In this document: positions 4,980 through 10,569 of the stretch, piece after piece | How positions within the stretch are numbered: position 1 is the stretch's first letter | Layout: every line of letters begins with the position of its first letter | From: Candidatus Eiseniibacteriota bacterium | Lineage (GTDB): Bacteria; Arandabacterota; Arandabacteria; Arandabacterales; Arandabacteraceae | Reading direction: 5' to 3' | DNA length: 10,569 bases | Assembly: GCA_043810925.1 (NCBI GenBank) | Contig: JBDRNT010000110.1 | Span: 1-10,569 of the forward strand | Translations under genes and position numbers: made by a program | The notes under the pieces: generated by a model | What the model was told of the DNA's origin: nothing | What the model saw: only the letters and a program-made list of their open reading frames with translations | The model's database searches: none

Positions 4980-7871
4980 CTATCTCAATTTCACTATCTT
5001 GCTTGAAGAAGTCTTGTGCTCGCTCTCCAGCCTGATGAAATAGAGCCCACTTGCAGCTGGATTGCCTGAAACACCCATGCCATCCCAGCGAATGCCGTGG
5101 GTGCCCGGATGAACCGATTCATTCAGTAAATGTGCCACAACTCTGCCTCTGGCATCGTAGATGGTCGCGATGACATGCTGCCGGGCCCGAATCTCAAATC
5201 GGACGGTCGTACCTGAGCTGAAGGGGTTGGGAGAGCTTGCATGCAGCCTGAGATACTGCGTATCCGTCACCTTGCTCGTACCTGATGATCCTGAAGCCAG
5301 GTGGAACTCCCCAAACTCCGAGATCTTGGAACCGACAGTCCGTTTCACTGGGTCAACATAGCACTCCAGGAGACCTACGCCCGCCTGCACTATGTATAGC
5401 TGATCGGGAGTGCCCCGGGTGCCCAGATCGGAGTCAGTGTAGCGGAACTCCAGATAAGCAGTTCCATCGCGCAAGGCAGCTCCTGACCCGATGTAGTAGC
5501 CGTCCGGTGTCCTGCCGTCGAGGGCAAGCAGTCTCAACGATCCCAGCCGGCCTGCGGTACCTTCTGACTGAGATCCATCGTCAATGCATCCGCACGGAAC
5601 AATGAGAAAATTCGTGTCGCTTCTCAGGACGTCAGGATCTATGCTGACAGAGACCCTGCCGTCCGGACTTGATGCGCTGCCACCACAGGCAGCGTACAGC
5701 AGCGAGGAGGAGAAGATTGCAGTTACACAGGTATCATTGCCCGCTATGTCCGATGCACACCCGATCAGTTCAATCACTCTGGTAGTGTCCGGGAGCCTGT
5801 AATCTCCCAACCATACACTCTTCTCTTGATCGACCAGGTGAGTCGCTATTGTCTCCTCGTCCACCTCCAACTCAACGGAAGCAGAATCCAGGGCCTCCAA
5901 CCCAACAAGGTAGATGTCAAGATACCGCGTTAGATAGGGGTTCTGGAGAATACCCAGTGCGAGATCGGGCGGAGTGAGGTCCAGCGGACACTGGCTCGGG
6001 ACGATCGTCAGACCCGTGGAGTCGTCTGCGACATATGCGTAGTCACCAACCACAGCCGCATGCCTGGCACTACCCGGCGTGTCCACACTGCCCACCATCC
6101 GGGGTGACGCGGGAATGGACACATCGATCACAAACAGACCGGAACCCCTGACCCCGACGTAGGCGTACTTGCCAACGACAGCCACTCTGCTGGTTTCTAC
6201 CGGGGTGGCCAGGCTGCCAACCAGCTGGGGTGATGCGGGATCGGAGATGTCGACTACCTGAAGACCGGAGTCGTAGTCCGCGATAAGAGCGTGGTCGCCG
6301 GCCACAGCCACCCCCATGGCAGAACCCGGTGTGTCTACATTGCTCACTATCTCAGGGGAAATGGGATCGGAGATGTCCATCACATCCAGACCATCGGACG
6401 AAACCGCAACGTAAGCGTGGTCACCCACCAGAACTACGTCCGAGGCCGGCGCGGTGGTTGGCACCCCACCCACCACCTGCGGCGATGTTGGATCCGAAAT
6501 GTCTACCACAATCAAACTGTCGCCCGGGTCATAGCGATTCAACCTGCCTGCGACGTAAGCGTAGTCGCCCACCACAGCTACACCACGGGGAAAATAGGGC
6601 ACGTCCGTGCTGCCCGCTATAAAGGGCGACATTGGATCGGATATGTCTATCACCTGAAGACCGGAATAGGAGGCTGCCATGTAGGCGTGATCGCCGGCCA
6701 CGGCCACAGCCGTGGCATAACCCGGAGTGTCCACGCTCCCCACTATCTCGGGGGAGGCGGGATCCGAGATGTCTATTACCTGAAGACCGGAGGATCCGTT
6801 AGCGACGTACGCGTGGTTGCCGGCCAGAACCACACTCCAGGCAGCTGTCGGTGTGTCCACGCTCCCTATTATCGGTGGTGAGGTAGGATTGGAAATGTCC
6901 ACTACGTGCAGACCGTTCCAGTAGCACCCGACGTACGCGTGGTCGGCGGTTACGGCCACGGCCCGTGGGAGGCCCGGCAGGCCCACGCTGCCCACCAGCT
7001 GAGGCGAGGCAGGAGTTGAGACGTCTATCACATACAGTCCCGTTTGGAAATCGCCGCCTGCGACGTAAGCGCGGTCGCCGATTACGGCCACAGCCTCGAC
7101 ACGGCCCAGCGTGTCCACGCTGCTCACTATCCAGGGCACGGCGGGATCGGAGATGTCTATCACCTGCAGACCGGAGGCATAGTCTGCTATGTAGGCGTAG
7201 TCACCGGCCACAGCCAGACCCAAGGCCACGCCCGGCGTGTCCACGCTGCCCACTACCTGGGGTGAGGCAGGATCGGAGATGTCTATCACATACAGACCCG
7301 AGGCCTCGCATGCAACATAAGCATGGTCGCCCGCCACAGCAACCTTGATGGGATAGTACGGCGTTTCCACGCTGCCCACTATCTGGGGTATCGAGGGAGT
7401 CGAGATATCTATCACATACAGACCGAAGTAGTCGCTTGTGACGTAAGCATGGTTGCCGGCCACAGCAACACTCTGCGCGTCCTCGAAGACCACACCGCCC
7501 ACTATCTGGGGTGATACAGGATTGGAGATGTCTATAACCGTCAGACCGGAGTCGAGGTCTGCGACGTAGGCATAGTCACCGGCTACCGCCACACCTCCGG
7601 CAAGGTCCGGCGTGTCCACACTGCCCACTATCCGGGGTGATGCGTGATTGGAGATGTCTACTACCTGAAGACCGGACTCGACATCTGCGACGTAGGCATA
7701 GTCGCCGGCTACAGCCACATCCCAGGCACGGTTCGGAGTGTCCACGCTACCCACCCAATGAAGGTGGTCTCCATAGTCGATGCAACCTGCCCAGCACGAT
7801 CCGGATGCGAAGACACCCGCAAGTGAGATAAGGGCCATCACAATAAACACGAAAGTCCTTGGTGTTCTCAT
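4980..7871 (-). CDS. Secreted LVIVD-repeat beta-propeller protein with Ig-like, ZU5-like and C-terminal FlgD-Ig/T9SS-type sorting domains, 963 aa
   Basis: ATG 7871 follows AAGGGGAG and begins a signal peptide (MRTPRTFVFIVMALISLAGVFASGSCWA). There are 14 repeats of VAVAGDYAYVAxxxSGLxVIDISxPxSPxIVGSVDTP, then a DxTPP...ASDIAGN Ig-like segment. The C-terminus PNPFSSGTTVRF...IYDARGRVV...WDG...ASGLYFIRL...KIVKLR is typical of FlgD-Ig/Por-secretion tails. The ORF-track start at 7937 adds 22 non-signal residues. Confidence 0.92.
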   Translation of the reverse strand: MRTPRTFVFIVMALISLAGVFASGSCWAGCIDYGDHLHWVGSVDTPNRAWDVAVAGDYAYVADVESGLQVVDISNHASPRIVGSVDTPDLAGGVAVAGDYAYVADLDSGLTVIDISNPVSPQIVGGVVFEDAQSVAVAGNHAYVTSDYFGLYVIDISTPSIPQIVGSVETPYYPIKVAVAGDHAYVACEASGLYVIDISDPASPQVVGSVDTPGVALGLAVAGDYAYIADYASGLQVIDISDPAVPWIVSSVDTLGRVEAVAVIGDRAYVAGGDFQTGLYVIDVSTPASPQLVGSVGLPGLPRAVAVTADHAYVGCYWNGLHVVDISNPTSPPIIGSVDTPTAAWSVVLAGNHAYVANGSSGLQVIDISDPASPEIVGSVDTPGYATAVAVAGDHAYMAASYSGLQVIDISDPMSPFIAGSTDVPYFPRGVAVVGDYAYVAGRLNRYDPGDSLIVVDISDPTSPQVVGGVPTTAPASDVVLVGDHAYVAVSSDGLDVMDISDPISPEIVSNVDTPGSAMGVAVAGDHALIADYDSGLQVVDISDPASPQLVGSLATPVETSRVAVVGKYAYVGVRGSGLFVIDVSIPASPRMVGSVDTPGSARHAAVVGDYAYVADDSTGLTIVPSQCPLDLTPPDLALGILQNPYLTRYLDIYLVGLEALDSASVELEVDEETIATHLVDQEKSVWLGDYRLPDTTRVIELIGCASDIAGNDTCVTAIFSSSLLYAACGGSASSPDGRVSVSIDPDVLRSDTNFLIVPCGCIDDGSQSEGTAGRLGSLRLLALDGRTPDGYYIGSGAALRDGTAYLEFRYTDSDLGTRGTPDQLYIVQAGVGLLECYVDPVKRTVGSKISEFGEFHLASGSSGTSKVTDTQYLRLHASSPNPFSSGTTVRFEIRARQHVIATIYDARGRVVAHLLNESVHPGTHGIRWDGMGVSGNPAASGLYFIRLESEHKTSSSKIVKLR
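5988..7784 (-). repeat. Intragenic array of 14 LVIVD repeats (~126 nt each)
   Basis: Counted by eye. GGATCGGAGATGTCTATCAC is identical at 7144-7163 and 7270-7289, and TCTGCGACGTAGGCATAGTC is identical at 7558-7577 and 7684-7703, both at offset 126. Confidence 0.9.
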
Positions 7872-7977
7872 GGCTCTCCCCTTCCGCCTTCTGTTGTCAT
7901 TCATCGCATAACACAGCCTGCTTCCGATCTCCCCCATGTCACAACTCGTAATCCATGGGAAACTTAACCAGTTGTTC

Positions 7978-8007
7978 AGTGTATCGGGGATATGGACGGA
8001 TTGTCAA
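7978..8007 (-). promoter_or_regulatory. Putative sigma70 promoter for the LVIVD / TPR lipoprotein / CHAT cluster
   Basis: Minus strand TTGACA (8007-8002), 18-nt spacer, TACACT (7983-7978); about 100 nt upstream of ATG 7871. Confidence 0.65.
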
Positions 8008-8044
8008 CTTCTGCCGGGTATCTGAAGCTCCATCTTTTGGGATC

Positions 8045-8080
8045 GCGGTGTCCCTAACATCAAGACGTTAGGGACACCGC
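8045..8080. repeat. Perfect 14-bp inverted repeat with 8-nt loop (REP-like palindrome or operator)
   Basis: GCGGTGTCCCTAAC (8045-8058), loop ATCAAGAC, GTTAGGGACACCGC (8067-8080). No 3' U-tract on either strand. Confidence 0.85.
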
Positions 8081-8138
8081 AGGCGATGCCGGGTGAGGAT
8101 TCAGATCCTTTCCGGAAGAGCCATCTCATGCAGATGAG

Positions 8139-8222
8139 AAACAAGAGGGCATTCCACACCGAGTGGGAGAGTGAGGCAACGATTATTGAATCTGAAATCG
8201 ACCGCATCAGCCCCCAGGTGAG
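8139..8222 (-). pseudogene. Fragment of a CPBP-family (Abi/CAAX) intramembrane metalloprotease gene, C-terminal part
   Basis: LTWGLMRSISDSIIVASLSHSVWNALLF inside the 8004..8234 ORF matches the CPBP terminal segment (WG-x-L/M-R-x-x-S-G/D-S-I...H-x-x-x-N). The upstream EExxxR motif and N-terminal helices are absent, and there is no room for them before the divergent gene at 8319. Confidence 0.6.
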
Positions 8223-8236
8223 GCATTCTATCAATC

Positions 8237-8265
8237 TTGAACACGCGCTCTTTGTGTGGTAACCT
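8237..8265 (+). promoter_or_regulatory. Putative sigma70 promoter with extended -10 for the 8319 gene
   Basis: TTGAAC (8237-8242), 17-nt spacer, TG at 8257-8258, TAACCT (8260-8265); RBS GGAGG at 8311-8315. Confidence 0.55.
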
Positions 8266-8318
8266 ATCCTCTGGCATGTGTATGATCGACAAACCCCTGT
8301 AAGACTGTCGGGAGGACA

Positions 8319-9272
8319 ATGATGATGAGACGTTGCCTACTGCTTGCGGGCCTGGTTCTACTCATACTACCGTCCGCACTTGCTGCGAAGGACGCAATCG
8401 CGGTACTGCCCCTTGAGACGGTCGGAGTCGATGTGGAGTCTGCGGAGACTGCCTATATGCTGCTCTTGCAGGAGATAACAAAGGCGGGCAAGTACGACGT
8501 CATCCCGGAAGACCTCGTGAGAAACACGATGGGTTTTGACGCGTGTCAGGATCCCGTCTGTGCCCTGGCAATCGGGAAGAAGCTCGACTCCCAGTTAGTC
8601 GCCTACGGGAGCCTCAACAGGCTGGGAAGCAAGATCCTCGTAAACTACAGCCTCCTTAACGTTGCCGAGGATGAAGTTGTTGTTGCGGATGTCATGACTT
8701 CACTGACCGTCGAGGACCTTGATACGGTGATGAAGCGTGTCGCGTCGAGCATCGTCAACCAGAAACCCGCAGAAAAGGCTGTCGAGGTCGGTACTATCAC
8801 AGCCCAGGAATCCATGACTCCGGCAAGCCGGCAGGCTCTTGTGACGAGCGGGATCGCCTTCGGCTACCTCTATCCCCAGAACGGATATGAGAGCCGGGAG
8901 ATATTCGCAATGGATTTTGTGAGTCACTACGAAGGTAAGGACTTTAACGTCACGGCCCTTTTCGGTGTCAGAAAAGGAGTGGCTCTTAATATCGGGATGT
9001 CCTATCTCTTTACGCGCACGGACCTCTGTCCCTACTTAGGCGGTGGGTTTGGGTTCCACTGGGTTGCCCATGAGGATGTCTTCGACTCAGACAAACGGGC
9101 GGACGGCTTTGAGGCACTGGCGCGCTGCGGGCTGATGGGCTTTCGCACCTATAACTTCAGGGTTATGATCAATCTCGATTACAGCTTCACCTTCAATGAT
9201 TATGATGACCAGGCCCTGGTGTTTACCATAGGAATCATGCGCGCCAATACGAAGCTCTTCGGGTTGTTTTAG
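8319..9272 (+). CDS. Exported protein: CsgG/TolB-N-like alpha/beta domain plus probable C-terminal outer-membrane beta-barrel
   Basis: Signal peptide MRRCLLLAGLVLLILPSALA. IAVLPL...GKYDVI...ACQDPVCALAIGKKLDSQLVAYGSLNRLGSKILVNYSLLNV resembles CsgG/HfaB/TolB-N-like folds. The C-terminal half has amphipathic strands (PYLGGGFGFHWV, FRVMINLDYSFTF) and a terminal Phe. RBS spacing favours the ATG at 8322 or 8325. Confidence 0.75.
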   Translation: MMMRRCLLLAGLVLLILPSALAAKDAIAVLPLETVGVDVESAETAYMLLLQEITKAGKYDVIPEDLVRNTMGFDACQDPVCALAIGKKLDSQLVAYGSLNRLGSKILVNYSLLNVAEDEVVVADVMTSLTVEDLDTVMKRVASSIVNQKPAEKAVEVGTITAQESMTPASRQALVTSGIAFGYLYPQNGYESREIFAMDFVSHYEGKDFNVTALFGVRKGVALNIGMSYLFTRTDLCPYLGGGFGFHWVAHEDVFDSDKRADGFEALARCGLMGFRTYNFRVMINLDYSFTFNDYDDQALVFTIGIMRANTKLFGLF

Positions 9273-9273
9273 C

Positions 9274-9297
9274 GGGAAAAGGGCTACTCGTTTTCCC
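9274..9297. terminator. Weak hairpin between convergent genes, possible terminator
   Basis: GGGAAAA (9274-9280) / TTTTCCC (9291-9297) spans the 11-nt gap and the stop codon of the minus-strand gene; no clear U-tract. Confidence 0.2.
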
Positions 9298-10147
9298 AGA
9301 GGTCCTTACGGTGTGCTTCGAGGAGTGTATTGGGGCGGGTCATGAAATCCGCTGCGGTTATGACGCGGTGTTTCTTACCCGCTGCGCGCTCGCGCGACTC
9401 GGCCAGGAATTCCCCATAAACCGTGGTCCTCAAGAGGTGATGATCGACAACGACGGTAGGGACCGCGTCCGCCAGTCTCAGCAGGTTAGCCTTAGCCTTG
9501 GCCCTTGAGTCCCCTAGAAGCACATCAAGATAGATCGGCGGGCCTGAGACGATTACGGTCTGAGGCGACCGGGCGATGATCCAGTCGATTGCCTCGGATT
9601 CGATCAGCTGGATATCGGATGCAAAGACCATGCGTTCGTCTTTATCCTCAATCATGACCATTGTCACCCAGCCCTGCTCTGAATCCGCCTCACCGTGCTT
9701 GACAGGCGGTGAGAAACTGAGCTCACCGAAGGAGCGGCCGTCGGCGGGACTGACACGGCGCCCGAGCGCCCTCACAAACTCGATGGCTCTCTGCCTCTGT
9801 GCCTGATTGAGATTGCGCTGCCAGGACTTGACGTACAGGGTCGTATCCCTGTAAAGAGCGCGGGCAATCTTGGTGTTGGTGAGATCGAGCTCCCGTTTAT
9901 CGTATGACGAGTAGTGGTCGTGATGGAAGTGGGTGATCACTATGGCGTCTGCATCTCTGGCGTGCGTTTGTATCGAGTCGCGGACACTCTTGAGCTCCTC
10001 GAGTTCAAGCTTGTGCGGAGGCTTGCCGTCGCGCCTGGGTGCGATGGACACGCCGGGGTCGATGAGAATCCGCGTCTTCGAGGTCCTCACGAAGGTGGCA
10101 AGCGACCGTACGCCGAAGGAATCCGCACCGAGAATGTCTATCCGCAT
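9284..10147 (-). CDS. Metallo-beta-lactamase-fold hydrolase, UPF0282/COG2248-like
   Basis: N-terminus DSFGVRSLATFV...ILIDPGVSIAPRR...PPH, metal motif THFHHDH, SPPVKHG, FASDIQ, VVDHHLLR and terminal LLEAHRKDLW all match my recollection of UPF0282 proteins. RBS AGGAG overlaps the upstream TAG and lies 6 nt from ATG 10147 (GTG 10150 is the alternative). Confidence 0.85.
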   Translation of the reverse strand: MRIDILGADSFGVRSLATFVRTSKTRILIDPGVSIAPRRDGKPPHKLELEELKSVRDSIQTHARDADAIVITHFHHDHYSSYDKRELDLTNTKIARALYRDTTLYVKSWQRNLNQAQRQRAIEFVRALGRRVSPADGRSFGELSFSPPVKHGEADSEQGWVTMVMIEDKDERMVFASDIQLIESEAIDWIIARSPQTVIVSGPPIYLDVLLGDSRAKAKANLLRLADAVPTVVVDHHLLRTTVYGEFLAESRERAAGKKHRVITAADFMTRPNTLLEAHRKDLWENE

Positions 10148-10156
10148 CACGCTCTC

Positions 10157-10569
10157 CTAGTGGCCCGTGTCAGGCAATTCTATGGTCATCAGCAAGAATC
10201 CGTCAACTTCCTTTGTGTCCGAGATGTGACCGGAGAACATCGCTTCAACGAAGTGCCCGGTGCGGCTCTCCCTGTATTCGGGGTGTATCAGCACATAGCG
10301 CGGGCTAAAGGTCCCGAGGAATTTCTCCATGTCCTCAGGGCCGGGTAACTCCGGCACCCAGGTCTCGTCTTCCTGCATCTTGATGAAATCCGAGACGACG
10401 GGCTCGGTCATGAAGAATTCGAATATCTCCCTGCGCGGGCGCGAGAGCACCCCGCCGAGGATCTTCTTGTGGTGGACGGTCTGGTAGAATATCTGTATCG
10501 ATCGCTCGTCCCCGATCTCACGGAAGCCGTCTCTCAGGCCGAAAGGAATCTCAAGCAGCACCCCGTCGG
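10157..10569 (-). CDS. C-terminal part of a hypothetical protein, possibly the soluble tail of a YfhO-like/GT-C membrane protein (partial)
   Basis: The frame is open to the window edge (...DGVLLEIP), so the listed GTG start is probably internal. LEIP...YQTVHHKKILGG..SR...RYVLIH resembles C-terminal domains of YfhO-like membrane proteins. Its stop overlaps the RBS of the next gene. Confidence 0.55.
   Translation of the reverse strand, partial: DGVLLEIPFGLRDGFREIGDERSIQIFYQTVHHKKILGGVLSRPRREIFEFFMTEPVVSDFIKMQEDETWVPELPGPEDMEKFLGTFSPRYVLIHPEYRESRTGHFVEAMFSGHISDTKEVDGFLLMTIELPDTGH

Noticed and set aside
5988-7784. CRISPR array or diversity-generating retroelement as the source of the repeats
   Set aside because: Repeats are in-frame 126-nt coding units; no cas or reverse transcriptase gene, no non-coding template repeat, and differences are not visibly adenine-restricted.
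2560-7784. Both repeat arrays share a 42-aa/126-nt period
   Set aside because: This is the normal unit length of both KLC-type TPR and LVIVD repeats; no sequence similarity between the arrays.
5161-7831. Plus-strand His/Arg-rich ORFs with internal periodicity
   Set aside because: Their periodicity simply mirrors the LVIVD repeats on the opposite strand.
697-8080. Integron cassette interpretation using the two hairpins as attC sites
   Set aside because: One lacks the GTT core and unpaired spacer, the other is only 36 nt; no integrase is present, and the cluster is ~7 kb with its own promoter.
8004-8319. ORFs 8004..8234 and 8101..8319 as intact small genes
   Set aside because: No convincing RBS; they overlap predicted promoters and the palindrome; only the CPBP-like segment looks protein-derived.
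8700-10348. Short antisense ORFs over the barrel, MBL and terminal genes
   Set aside because: They lie opposite well-supported genes and show no recognisable motifs.

Overview
Bacterial window, inferred to come from a diderm FCB-like lineage because of a FlgD-Ig/T9SS-type C-terminal sorting domain and an outer-membrane barrel gene. The left end (1-~790) is mobile-element debris: the 5' part of an IS630-family transposase missed by the ORF track, with its terminus at CTAG; two IS3-like terminal-repeat remnants; and a 91-nt imperfect hairpin. The core is a minus-strand three-gene cluster behind a near-consensus sigma70 promoter, and all three products appear exported: (i) a 14-repeat LVIVD beta-propeller protein with Ig-like, ZU5-like and FlgD-Ig/CTD domains, (ii) a small TPR lipoprotein, and (iii) a signal-peptide-bearing TPR-CHAT caspase-like protease with an intact His/Cys dyad. 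This cluster is the best candidate for an undescribed system, an extracytoplasmic sensor-adaptor-protease module (inference only). To the right lie a 14-bp perfect palindrome, a CPBP (Abi/CAAX) protease gene fragment, a divergent CsgG/TolB-N-like + beta-barrel gene, a UPF0282-type metallo-beta-lactamase-fold hydrolase, and the 3' end of a further gene running off the window. All family calls are by-eye motif recognition; no searches were run.
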